A stretch of DNA of 64,000 nt from Candidatus Latescibacterota bacterium (GCA_965208105.1 OZ242318.1:2816001-2880000); one strand, 5' to 3'; shown: positions 39,501 to 48,291, counted from the first letter of the stretch. Notes: generated by a model not told the origin, from the letters alone. Translations and numbers: made by a program.

Positions 39501-40500
39501 CGGATATGACGATGGGTTCAATGATACCGTCGGTTTCGCTGTAAACGGCCTGAGGGGTCATATCGGGCGATAGCCCGCCGATGTTGTCGCGCCACTGATC
39601 CGGCGTGCCGGGATAGAAATTGATACCCGATAAAATGGGCACATTGAGCGCATGGGCATGCTGTTGCCCTTTTCCGTAGTCGAACCAGTTGATTTTCGTG
39701 CCGCAAAAAATCAGCGCATCCACCAGGCTTTTCCCATCCTCGATGAGATACGGATCAAACAGAAAACCGCCTTTCCCCATCAAAGGAAAAACTCGGTGGC
39801 CCCGGAGCTCAACATTGCGAACCAGGGAATCGACATATGCGGTATTGCCTTTGATATAGTTATCCTGGTAGAAGACGATGCCGATGTTCAAAGGATTTTT
39901 AGAGGGGCGATGCCGCTTTTGTCTGGCCTGCTCGCGCCAGTCGCGATAGGCGCGATGGCTAACGAACAATTCCGGGGCATCAGGATGGTAAAAGGCATGT
40001 TCCGGATATGCGATGGGCGGCTGCGTCTCGATGGGCAGAGCCAGAAGGTTTGCTCCGAGGTAATGCATCAGCCGCCGCACGTTTTCCCGGCTGCTGTTGG
40101 TCCAGTACTGTTCCAGCCAAGGATGGTGGTCCAGAGATACATTTCCCTGTATGTACCGGGGCTTGACAACCACCACCTTTGTCGCTGTTTTGGCCGCGTC
40201 GAACTGGTCGATGTGAAACCCGAGTTTCGCACCAATGCCCTCGGCGAAAATCAGGTCATATCTCGTCAAGTCGATGCCTTCAAATGAGGGAAACGGCGGT
40301 TTCCCATGGCTGTAAATATCCACATCCATATAGGATTCGAGTTCCCTGGCCGCCTGTTCAAGCTCCCAGAAAGCATGCAGGCTGATGACGGCAACCGCTG
40401 ACTTTTTCCTTTTTTGCGCCACGTCTTCCGTAGCGGTTTGACAGGCGCTCAAAACCGCCAGGATCAGCAAAAGCAAAACACATCCGATCCTTTTTTTCAC
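36538..40500 (-). CDS. cobN: CobN/Mg-chelatase-H family protein, exported and membrane-anchored (HmuS-like)
   Basis: PPHHQY, RNPDALPSGRN, LLGVRPVW, RPRVDV..TSGTYRD, RSRYFNPKWIRGMMDHGYDGA; lipobox LSAC after GTG start; C-terminal TM helix plus RQRRK. Confidence 0.9.
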   Translation of the reverse strand: MKKRIGCVLLLLILAVLSACQTATEDVAQKRKKSAVAVISLHAFWELEQAARELESYMDVDIYSHGKPPFPSFEGIDLTRYDLIFAEGIGAKLGFHIDQFDAAKTATKVVVVKPRYIQGNVSLDHHPWLEQYWTNSSRENVRRLMHYLGANLLALPIETQPPIAYPEHAFYHPDAPELFVSHRAYRDWREQARQKRHRPSKNPLNIGIVFYQDNYIKGNTAYVDSLVRNVELRGHRVFPLMGKGGFLFDPYLIEDGKSLVDALIFCGTKINWFDYGKGQQHAHALNVPILSGINFYPGTPDQWRDNIGGLSPDMTPQAVYSETDGIIEPIVISGRVADETGQPKNQIMPDQLDWRVERALAWAQLRRMSNREKRLVIPYYSEGAGKANIGSDPDFYLNVQASLVNILKALKEAGYNVGEKPLPDVETLSRMMAEQGSNVGNWAPGEMGKRVGQGHAITIPENTYLNWFGELPEKKQREMIDNWGAPPGSIMVHTARDGQRMISIPKIQFGNVLLVPHPDWGYKQDEDVLYSKDQLPPHHQYFAFFEWLQQVYNPHAMLTMFTQLSLMPGKMEGPARTDWVGRLIGNMPHIYPTPLQGNAGIGSKRRASALTIGFMPTIVASELYENLHELRNKTARLGENLPPAVRAELETGIRQECERLHLARDLGLDIQGAPFDQLATATRTYLEEINREHIPYGPHTLGVPPEGRPLVDMVRSMLGREFREALVAHRADVSPDTLAKIILTDLLLSGETTQDIQRTQLKAASEDIEIYLQRALDYKARIEAAREEVPRILSALEGRFIEPGEMDDAIRNPDALPSGRNPYHFDHRSMPTREAWEVGRRLADDMLNQHVEKHGAYPRRVGYVLWSSEITKNKGILEAQVFYLLGVRPVWNKRGWVADIEVIPPHELKRPRVDVFVTTSGTYRDHFMDKIRLIHKAVKLVSELDEPDNIVRIHTEAAYQKLASAGPSPESAQSLASIRVFSENVGAYSPSIQFAIHAGGTWEDDGKISDLYMTRMSHAYGENTVGEYVQDLFRQNIETVEIASFGRTSNVYGVLDHPMVAAYLGGMNMAVRNTTDRKIDLYIHNLRNPQSERVETLERFYSRELRSRYFNPKWIRGMMDHGYDGARYMTEFTETMWVWEVTSPDLVSDEDWKRIHQVYMKDEYDLGLEDYFSENNPYAEQTMMATLLEAAHKGYWQATDEVLQDVAQQLAQSVSDHGPACNSGICNSPSLETFVTELLNKTPGVQALAQPYQDAINIARQARYDLPPAPAEPMTGYEMADVVRTVADHLSTHKTTYFAIGIISALLVAFGWLRQRRKTW

Positions 40501-40530
40501 GTCCTCATTCCTTTCACTGCACATGGAGAG

Positions 40531-40875
40531 CTACTCTTTTTCGGGCACGTAAATCACACGTCCATCTTCGAGTTGATAGGCAATGCCCAGCCGGGTGCCG
40601 TTCCCGGACAGGGAATTCCCCGTTACCTTCCGGACTTTGATTTCGCGGTCTTTGCGCGGAATGACCTCGGTTTCACCCTGTGGCGTGGTTCGCACCAGGG
40701 TCCATTCCGCATCTGGGCGCAACAGCTCGTGCATGGGCAACAGCGCAAAAAGCGCCATGATGACGGCGACCACGAAGGCCATGCTGACATCGAATAAATT
40801 GGTTACGCCGGCCATCGGATCATGGCTGTTCTGACGCAACGCCTCCGAATGGTTGATTTTGTTCACAAAACGCAT
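40531..40875 (-). CDS. DUF2149 (HmuV-like) membrane protein
   Basis: DPMAGVTNLFDVSMAF, G.GTRLGIAYQLEDGRVIYVPE. Confidence 0.9.
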   Translation of the reverse strand: MRFVNKINHSEALRQNSHDPMAGVTNLFDVSMAFVVAVIMALFALLPMHELLRPDAEWTLVRTTPQGETEVIPRKDREIKVRKVTGNSLSGNGTRLGIAYQLEDGRVIYVPEKE

Positions 40876-40887
40876 GATGCCTCCCTC

Positions 40888-41451
40888 TCAAAAGACCTGT
40901 TCCGGGATAGATCTCACCTGGTCATTCCGCCTTTCAACGTGAAAGGCAAGGGCCTGAATATCTTCCCGAACCCACTTTTCCTTGACCAGCGCCAGCACAT
41001 AGGCCACCGTGCCGACCGCCAAACCGAGTACTGTCGTGGAAAAGGCGGTGACCATATTTCCAGACAGCGCGGGCAGATCGCCCTGCGACAATCCCTGAAG
41101 CGCGCCCGCCATGGGAATCAGGGTGCCGATCAGTCCGAGGGAAGGCCCCACGCGAATGGCGAACCGGACGCTATCCAGGGCGCGTGTGCTTTGCTGGTCA
41201 GCATCGTGAATTACTTCCTCCAGGTCGATTTCCAGGTGTGCGCCTGATTGGGCTTCGATCAGGGCATCGCATTGGGCCGTATATTTGGCACGCACATGAA
41301 ATCGCTTCTTGCGGCGTTGCAGACTTTCGCGAGCAAATTCACCCAGGCAGACCAACATCCAGCACGCGAGAAGCAACAGGGCGATTATGACCGGATAAAA
41401 CAGCAGGGAAGAGAGCATGTAAATAACCTGGGTGATTTGCAGGATTTCCAT
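40888..41451 (-). CDS. MotA/TolQ/ExbB family protein (HmuU-like)
   Basis: RVGPSLGLIGTLIPM, MVTAFSTTVLGL. Confidence 0.9.
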   Translation of the reverse strand: MEILQITQVIYMLSSLLFYPVIIALLLLACWMLVCLGEFARESLQRRKKRFHVRAKYTAQCDALIEAQSGAHLEIDLEEVIHDADQQSTRALDSVRFAIRVGPSLGLIGTLIPMAGALQGLSQGDLPALSGNMVTAFSTTVLGLAVGTVAYVLALVKEKWVREDIQALAFHVERRNDQVRSIPEQVF

Positions 41452-41474
41452 GAACGCCTCGGTCCTTATGGGAA

Positions 41475-42635
41475 TCAGGGAGCGATCTTGCGATAGTATT
41501 TCAACGTGTGGTTCGGCAGGATATGCGGATGAAAAATGTGGATCAGATCGGCCAGAATGAGATGCGGCTCCACAACGCCGGATTCCCAGTAATCATTGGC
41601 TCCCGAAGCGTTGACCCTGGCATTGAAATTGTATATTTGACCGTTTTGGAACGCTTTGAAGGCGCTGTAGCGCGCATCTTCCAGCAGCATATCGGATCGG
41701 GCATGCCATTTGTTGCGCCCGGTGATCCAGAAGTCCGCGGTGGCCGCCTTTTCATAAACCGCCTCAAAATCCAGGGGCAAACTGCCCTGAGTTTCATCTT
41801 GTGCCCACACATATCTTGCGCCTGCAGTTTTGAGCAACTGCGCGACATAGCTTTTCCCTCCGGCGACATACCACGTGCCGCGAACCAGCGCCCCGCCAAA
41901 AACCAGGGGTTTTGCCGTCTCCGCCAACCCGTTCATCAAATCGGCATAACGCGCATACTGCGCGGCAATATCATCGAACATCTGTTCGGCCAGCGCCTCC
42001 TGACTGAAAAACGCCGCCGTGAATTTCAGCCATTCGGTTCTGCCCAGAAGGGTGGGTTCGACATATTCGGCATTGATCATCACGGGCACGCCGGCCTCTT
42101 GCAGGGCCGGATGGGAAATGTACCGACCATTGGCAGGGGCCACGGCCATTACCAGATCCGGGTTGAGTTGCAGCACCCTTTCCAGATCGATCTGACTGCC
42201 TCTGCCAATGCCGGGCAAATGGCCGGCCTCCACTTTCCGGCGCAGGTCGGAATCGTAAATGCCGTCTGGATTGCCGACCGCAACAAGAGACTCGTATTGA
42301 CCGAGCAATTTAAGATGCGGCAAATGCGTGGTTGACAGCACGGCGATCGTCTGGATAGGCACGCGAATGATGCGTTCTTTTTTATACGCCTTTGGGACCG
42401 GCGTGCCTTTGGGTATCAGCACATAGCGAAAGGATTCGGAAGCGTCCGGCCAGGGTTGGGTCACATCGACAATCTTGACATCCCCCTCATAGGTGATCGC
42501 AAAGCATTGGGCATAGCGCACGTGCGCTTTGTCCTGAACGGGATTGGGCCGCGTGGTTGAAAATTCATCGGCCTTGAGGTCCGCCCCCCAAAAGCCCATC
42601 GCACAAAACCAAACTGAAAGCATGCGCAGGTTCAT
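41475..42635 (-). CDS. Iron-chelate/cobalamin-type ABC substrate-binding protein
   Basis: Signal peptide; LSTTHL, DLERVLQLNPDLV, EYVEPTLLGRTEWLKF, NDYWESGVVEP. Confidence 0.88.
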   Translation of the reverse strand: MNLRMLSVWFCAMGFWGADLKADEFSTTRPNPVQDKAHVRYAQCFAITYEGDVKIVDVTQPWPDASESFRYVLIPKGTPVPKAYKKERIIRVPIQTIAVLSTTHLPHLKLLGQYESLVAVGNPDGIYDSDLRRKVEAGHLPGIGRGSQIDLERVLQLNPDLVMAVAPANGRYISHPALQEAGVPVMINAEYVEPTLLGRTEWLKFTAAFFSQEALAEQMFDDIAAQYARYADLMNGLAETAKPLVFGGALVRGTWYVAGGKSYVAQLLKTAGARYVWAQDETQGSLPLDFEAVYEKAATADFWITGRNKWHARSDMLLEDARYSAFKAFQNGQIYNFNARVNASGANDYWESGVVEPHLILADLIHIFHPHILPNHTLKYYRKIAP

Positions 42636-42663
42636 CGTTTTCTCTTTCAATGGCAAAACGGGA

Positions 42664-43479
42664 TCACAACGGAATTTGTTGATAGGTTGGAGAAACAGGA
42701 CGCTGGGCGATGAGGTCCCAATCGAAAATCAGAACAGTTGACCGGGGCGATGTAAATGAGAGCAGGCGCTCGCTTTTTTTGATGACGGCGCTTTCGGCAT
42801 CGGTGAAATCGAGATGGACATCTTTGCCGGTTCGGTTGCACACCACAAGCGGCAGTCCCGTATCGCACGCACGCTGCTCCCATTCGCCGTTCGGGCCATA
42901 CAAACCCGGCGCCCACGCAGCCGGGGAAACGAGCAGTTGCGCACCCTGCGTTTTGAGCCTGTTTGCCCAGGTATCCGGATAGGCATCAGCGCAGATCAGC
43001 ACACCGGCTTTCAAAGGTGCAGTGGGAATGGGCACCGCGTTCACTCCTGGTGTCGCCCATGATTCGGAACCGGGGATCACGCTGATTTTTCGGTGTTTTC
43101 CAATACAGATGCCGCGATGGTCGAACACAGAAACCGCATTGTAACACCGCCCGTCCTGTGGATCGCGTTCGGGATGTGACAAAAAGACGACCAGATCGAA
43201 TTGGGCGCTGATGCGTTGAATTTTTTGCATCCAGGCATCCGGTTGCGGCGCAATCCAGTCCGTTCCAATGCGTTCCGCAAAGGCATAACCACAGGTGCAA
43301 AGCTCCGGTGTGAGCACCCAGTTGGCCTTGAAATGCGCCGCAACGGCCAGCCCCGTTTCCACCAGGCGTTGATTGTGCGCCAGATCACCGGGAATGGGTG
43401 CCACATGCAAACAGGCTATGCGCAATATTTCGGGCGGTCCTTTAATCAGCGCGCCAGGATTCTTTCTGCATTGCGGCAA
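42664..43479 (-). CDS. Carbon-nitrogen hydrolase (nitrilase superfamily)
   Basis: Catalytic triad motifs LTPEL, HRK, GVLICAD; start uncertain. Confidence 0.88.
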   Translation of the reverse strand: MPQCRKNPGALIKGPPEILRIACLHVAPIPGDLAHNQRLVETGLAVAAHFKANWVLTPELCTCGYAFAERIGTDWIAPQPDAWMQKIQRISAQFDLVVFLSHPERDPQDGRCYNAVSVFDHRGICIGKHRKISVIPGSESWATPGVNAVPIPTAPLKAGVLICADAYPDTWANRLKTQGAQLLVSPAAWAPGLYGPNGEWEQRACDTGLPLVVCNRTGKDVHLDFTDAESAVIKKSERLLSFTSPRSTVLIFDWDLIAQRPVSPTYQQIPL

Positions 43480-44464
43480 TCAGATCATAAACGGAATGGT
43501 GCTCCCGAACGGAACCGTTGCGCCTGGTACACCAGGTTATGCGCTGGTCCTGGGAAAAAATCTCGATATGCAAATCCGCATGCGCACTGTTCACCTGAAA
43601 ACCAGCCCGTTCCAGTGCGCGCGCCGTCCAGAAAGCCGGTCGTCCATGCCCTGAAAGCCCAACCGCTTGGCCGATATGGGCATGGTTTTTAAATGCGCCG
43701 GTATCGGCGTCAAAACGCACGCCATCGCTGTCGAAAGCCGCTTCAAAAGCGCCATTCAGAATCAAATCTTCCGGCGCCCCAACATGGATCGGGCCACCCG
43801 CAGGCATGAGCCAGATGCAGTCGGCGCATCGCAGGGCGAGGTCGAGATCGTGGGTTGACAACAGGATGGCTTTCTGCGTGGTGTGCGCCAGATTTTTGAG
43901 CAAAGCCATGATTTCGACGCGGCGGGGCAGATCCAGAAAGGCCGTAGGCTCATCCAGCACCATCAATTCGGGTTCCTGGGCCAGCGCCCGCGCGATCATG
44001 GCTTTCTGGCGCTCGCCATCGCTGAGCTCGGCCACATTGCGGTGCGACAGGTGCTGTGCCCGTGCAGCCTGGATTGCCCAGGAAACCGCCTGCTCGTCCG
44101 GTTTGGAAAGCCGGCCTGTCCAATCCGTATGGGGATACCTCCCCAGCGCCACCAGGTCTCGCACCGCCAAAATGCCCACGCTGACGCGGTCTGTGAGCAC
44201 CACGCTGAGTTTGCGGGACAGGTCTCTGGCCGGCAAACGGGCCACATCCTGGCCGGACAGATAAACACATCCCTTTAATGGAGGCTGCATGCCGACCAAC
44301 GTGCGCATCAGCGTGGATTTGCCCGCGCCGTTGGGGCCGAGCAAACAGACGAATTCGCCGCGATGGAGTGAGACGGATACTGTGCCGGCCACAATGTGCG
44401 GAGCCTGCCGGGCTGGCGCGTAACCGATGGTGAGGTTTTCTGCTGTCAAGACGGGTTCCGTCAC
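43442..44464 (-). CDS. Iron-chelate/cobalamin ABC transporter ATPase
   Basis: GPNGAGKST, LSDGERQK, LDEPTAFLD, STHDL; GTG start. Confidence 0.93.
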   Translation of the reverse strand: MTEPVLTAENLTIGYAPARQAPHIVAGTVSVSLHRGEFVCLLGPNGAGKSTLMRTLVGMQPPLKGCVYLSGQDVARLPARDLSRKLSVVLTDRVSVGILAVRDLVALGRYPHTDWTGRLSKPDEQAVSWAIQAARAQHLSHRNVAELSDGERQKAMIARALAQEPELMVLDEPTAFLDLPRRVEIMALLKNLAHTTQKAILLSTHDLDLALRCADCIWLMPAGGPIHVGAPEDLILNGAFEAAFDSDGVRFDADTGAFKNHAHIGQAVGLSGHGRPAFWTARALERAGFQVNSAHADLHIEIFSQDQRITWCTRRNGSVREHHSVYDLIAAMQKESWRAD

Positions 44465-44589
44465 AAGAGTTCCAGTCTCTTTAGAGACGCTGCACAAACA
44501 GACAGGAGTGCTGCAGGAGGCAGGAGAGCAAAGGAGCGAGGCTTTCTCCCTTGCCTCTTTCTCGGTATTTCCTGCGCTCCTGCAGCAGT

Positions 44590-45159
44590 TTATCCGTGGT
44601 GGAATTTCCGGGCCTGCTGATCGAACGGATCGGGAGCAAGCCCCAGGTGCGTTTTGCGAAGCGCGTTCCACATCCCCAGGCGCGGCCAGTCCGGCGGATC
44701 GAGCTTTTTGAATTCCGGCACGCTCACAAAAAACGGACTGGGGAAAAACACTGTCATTTGCTGTTCGCCTTTGCCGTTGAACATGTGGAAACCCCAGCTC
44801 GAGGGGTGGCCATCGGGATTGAGGAGGCGGTAAAACTCCGCGCGCGATGTCCTACGCCGCCGAGCCAGTTCGGGCGATGCGCCCTTAAATTCGCCGATGC
44901 ACAGGTGAAAATGCCAGGGGCCAAAATCCACGGTAAGGTAGCCGTTGTTCAACGTGATGCGTTTGGGCGCATTGGGGGCGCCCACTTCCCAGGCCGCGCC
45001 CTGAATGAGCGGGCCAAAGTGAATGTCCTGCCAGTAATTTTGAAAAACATCCTCCAGAATGGTTTTGAGATTGTCTGCGGACAGATCGACCGGAAACACC
45101 TCCATCTTACCCCCGCCTTCGGCTTCTATGATTTTCCCTCTTGGAGTTGTAAGGTCCAT
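44590..45159 (-). CDS. Hypothetical protein, HutX/ChuX/HemS-like heme-carrier fold suspected
   Basis: GYLTVDFGPWHFHL and SWGFHMFNGKGEQQMTVFF resemble the HutX GYFNL..HGHL and S..I.FF..GE..FK patterns; AGGAGG RBS. Confidence 0.65.
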   Translation of the reverse strand: MDLTTPRGKIIEAEGGGKMEVFPVDLSADNLKTILEDVFQNYWQDIHFGPLIQGAAWEVGAPNAPKRITLNNGYLTVDFGPWHFHLCIGEFKGASPELARRRRTSRAEFYRLLNPDGHPSSWGFHMFNGKGEQQMTVFFPSPFFVSVPEFKKLDPPDWPRLGMWNALRKTHLGLAPDPFDQQARKFHHG

Positions 45160-45180
45160 GACAGCCTCCTTTATAGTGGA

Positions 45181-47559
45181 TTAGAAACGCACCGCATATT
45201 GCATGCGCGCGGAGCGGCCCGGCAGGTTATAGCCGCGCTTTTCGTAATAGTTTTCGTCGGTTAGATTGTTCAAATAAAGCGACACGGTATAGCGTTCGCC
45301 GATTTTGAAAGACGATACCAGATCTGCGACCATAAATGCCGGATATTGTACCTCCGGACGTTTGGCGTCGGTCCAATCCGTATCTTTGCGGTTGCCCACA
45401 TAGCGTCCGGTCAGGCGCGTGTTGAAAAAATGTCCGTCGTCATATTCCGCGCCCCAGGACAGGCTGGTATTTGCCACATTGTGAATGTCCCGGCGCGTTT
45501 CGGCACCCGTGGCCGGGGTTACCGTCACATCTTCGGCATTGAGCGTGTGGGTGGCATTGGCGAAAAAGCGAAAGGTATACGCATAATTGCGACGGGCGCC
45601 CAGGTCATAAGAGGCTTTCCACTCGATGCCATGCATGTTGGATCGGTTGGCATTGACAAAGGTCGTGCGGGAGGCAATCGTGTCGCCGGATGCCGTAACC
45701 TGTCCAACCGGGTTGGTGGTTTGTCGCGTGATGCGGTCGTTGACGCGGGTGCGGAAAAACGTGATGTCGATATCCAATCCCATATCCGGCCTCGTAAGTC
45801 CTGCACCCAGATCAAACGTGATGCTGTTTTCAGGATCTAGATCGGCATTGCCTTCAGTAATGGCCACGTCCCCGGTGCCGGTGCCGGTTTCGGAAAAACC
45901 GGCCACATTGAAGGCATCAGGGGTAACAAAAGCTCGGCCTATAGTGCTATGCACATGCAAGCCCGATGATTCTGTGCGATATTTGAAACCCGCGCTTGGA
46001 TTGAATGTGGTAAAGGTTTCTTCGCCCGGATTAAAGGATGTGAGCAGGGGCGTTTGCTTGCCGTCGAAGGTAATGCGATCTAGCCGTCCTCCGGCCGTGG
46101 TCGTGAGGTGCTCATTCAGGAAATTGAAACTTCCTTCGATGAAAAGCGCTTGCGTATAGATGCCGTAATTGGGACTAAATGGGGCACGAGGCGTCTCGGC
46201 TGCGCTCCAGCTTTTCCCCTCGGTATTGGACGAGTTCCAATCTGCGCCAAGCGTGAGTAAGTGCGGCCCCAAAGCGAAGGCGTCCTGTATTTGAGCGCCA
46301 AACCAGGTGTTGCGCCGGGTAAAGGATATGAATGGTATGCCGCTTAGATTGTAGGACTCGGAGACTTCTTCTGACCCATATGTCTTGAACTGGAGGGCGT
46401 GGTTGCCCACCAGCCCCGAAAACTGGACGTCGCCTGATATATTCTCGGCATTTTTCCGGCCGGCTCGTTCGGTGCCGTAAAAAATATCTCCGGGGGTTTC
46501 TACATTGCGCGCGATAAAGCGGCTGACCGAACTGTCCAGCCGCCAGATCTCTTCTATCTGATAACCCAGCCGGAGACGACCCTGGTTTTTGCTGAATTTG
46601 GTGTTGGGGCGCACCTCGCCGTCTCCCAGTTCGGTTTTGGTGTCTGTGGTGCCATCGGCATAGGTGACATCGGCCTCGTCGCTGCCGACCATGCCCTGGA
46701 ACACATTGCCTTTTCCAATGCGATAGTCCTTGTTCTGGTCGGAAACGTTGATGCCCAGATCAAAATCGAACCCGTTGCTGATGCGTCCGCCAGCAGACAG
46801 GGATGCGCCGAATGTCTCAAAAGATCCGTACGATGCAGAGAGGTCAATGCGCGGCAAATAAGTGGATTTCCGGCTGATGATATTGACCACGCCTCCCATG
46901 GCCTGAGTGCCGTACAGCGCCGATCCCGGCCCTTTCATCACTTCGATTCGTTCGATATTGTTGAGATCGATGGTCGCTAGATTCGAGGCCCCGGCATGCC
47001 GCCCGTCGATCAATAGCAGGCTGCGCTGATTCAGGCCGGAAAACTGCGGGCGAAACCCGCGAATGCCCACGCCGGACAGTAGGCCGGGATATTGAATAAT
47101 ATCAATGGCCGTTTGTTTTTTGAGCGCATCGGTCAGATCATCGGCCACGGTGCGATCCAGATCCGTTCTCGATATGACATCTATTTTTTGAGGCACCTTT
47201 TCAAGATGCTGCGCACTGCGCCTGGCCGTAACCACCACATCCTCCAGTTGCACTGCAATGGGCGTCATGGCGATAACTCTTTCTTTTTGTAGAAATTCTC
47301 TGGAAACAATGCGCGTGAGATAGCCCGTGTGGGAAATTGCAATGCGTTGATTTGTCTCAACAGCCAAAGAGAAAGCACCCTTAGCATCGGTTGTGGTCCC
47401 CGTGCTGGTCCCCTCAATTCTGACATTGGCTCCCACCAGGATTTGGCGGGTCTGGGAATCGATTACTGTGCCTTGACGCTGGGCAAATGCATTGCCGTGA
47501 ACAAGGCAGAACAAAAGCCCCAAAATTAAAGGGAATGAAAACGGCCTGATGTCTTTCAT
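45181..47559 (-). CDS. TonB-dependent receptor (BtuB/heme-receptor-like) with N-terminal carboxypeptidase-regulatory-like domain
   Basis: DVVVTARR, IERIEVMKGPGSALYG..AMGGVVNII, NNLTDENY..GYNLPGRS, terminal Phe. Confidence 0.93.
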   Translation of the reverse strand: MKDIRPFSFPLILGLLFCLVHGNAFAQRQGTVIDSQTRQILVGANVRIEGTSTGTTTDAKGAFSLAVETNQRIAISHTGYLTRIVSREFLQKERVIAMTPIAVQLEDVVVTARRSAQHLEKVPQKIDVISRTDLDRTVADDLTDALKKQTAIDIIQYPGLLSGVGIRGFRPQFSGLNQRSLLLIDGRHAGASNLATIDLNNIERIEVMKGPGSALYGTQAMGGVVNIISRKSTYLPRIDLSASYGSFETFGASLSAGGRISNGFDFDLGINVSDQNKDYRIGKGNVFQGMVGSDEADVTYADGTTDTKTELGDGEVRPNTKFSKNQGRLRLGYQIEEIWRLDSSVSRFIARNVETPGDIFYGTERAGRKNAENISGDVQFSGLVGNHALQFKTYGSEEVSESYNLSGIPFISFTRRNTWFGAQIQDAFALGPHLLTLGADWNSSNTEGKSWSAAETPRAPFSPNYGIYTQALFIEGSFNFLNEHLTTTAGGRLDRITFDGKQTPLLTSFNPGEETFTTFNPSAGFKYRTESSGLHVHSTIGRAFVTPDAFNVAGFSETGTGTGDVAITEGNADLDPENSITFDLGAGLTRPDMGLDIDITFFRTRVNDRITRQTTNPVGQVTASGDTIASRTTFVNANRSNMHGIEWKASYDLGARRNYAYTFRFFANATHTLNAEDVTVTPATGAETRRDIHNVANTSLSWGAEYDDGHFFNTRLTGRYVGNRKDTDWTDAKRPEVQYPAFMVADLVSSFKIGERYTVSLYLNNLTDENYYEKRGYNLPGRSARMQYAVRF

Positions 47560-47794
47560 AATGATTCCTCCTGAAATCAATGGGATGACGTGAACGGTAT
47601 GGCCTTGATCGGGCCTGCGGTCACCACTACCTGTCGTTGCCTTCTCTTCCTTCCTTTTTGAACCCAGGATCAGGTTTGCCTGTCATCTGCCGCCATGTTG
47701 CACTCCTTCTTTTTTCTCTTGATTTGCTGTAAGCAAGTGGCAACCCATAGCTGATGTTCATTTCCAGTCCGGCCTGCCGCTCGATCTCGGTTGG

Positions 47795-48265
47795 TCAGAG
47801 CTGGGTGAGACCGGGGGCGTCACCATAGACCTTCCGGGGATCAAATACCTTCTGCGTCTCCGTGAATCCCAGTGGCTGGCCGGCCTGGTCGCCGAAGGGC
47901 ACGGCGCGGTAGAAACAGGAGCGATACCCTACATGGCAACTGGCCCCGCCCTGGACGTCCACGCGCAGCCAGATACAATCCTGGTCGTCATCGATCCGGA
48001 TTTTGCGGACTCGCTGCACCAGGCCGCTCGTTGCGCCCTTGTGCCAGAGGCATTTTCGGCTCCGGCTCCAATAGACGGCCTCGCCCAGAGTGATCGTTTG
48101 AGTGAGCGCCTCGGCGTTCATGTAGGCATGCATGAGCACTTCGCCGGATGTGAAGTCCGTGGTAACTACGGGGATCAGCCCGTGCTCATCGAACTTGGGG
48201 GCCAGATCGACTCTTTCCTCGACCTGCTCGACGCTCTGTCTATCCGAGAAGGGCGAAATGCTCAT
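47795..48265 (-). CDS. hisI: Phosphoribosyl-AMP cyclohydrolase, DDDQD variant
   Basis: [31 protein letters not shown]. Confidence 0.93.
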   Translation of the reverse strand: MSISPFSDRQSVEQVEERVDLAPKFDEHGLIPVVTTDFTSGEVLMHAYMNAEALTQTITLGEAVYWSRSRKCLWHKGATSGLVQRVRKIRIDDDQDCIWLRVDVQGGASCHVGYRSCFYRAVPFGDQAGQPLGFTETQKVFDPRKVYGDAPGLTQL

Positions 48266-48291
48266 TTGTTCTCCTGCCTCTCCAGCCTTGA

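Noticed and set aside
36538-40500. Cobalamin biosynthesis cluster interpretation
   Set aside because: No cob/cbi methyltransferases or CobST are in the window, and the protein has export and membrane-anchor signals.
47560-47795. Expected cobalamin riboswitch upstream of the TonB receptor
   Set aside because: I could not find the conserved GGGAA / GCCCCCGCAACTGT / B12-box elements by eye; a covariance search is needed to exclude it fully.
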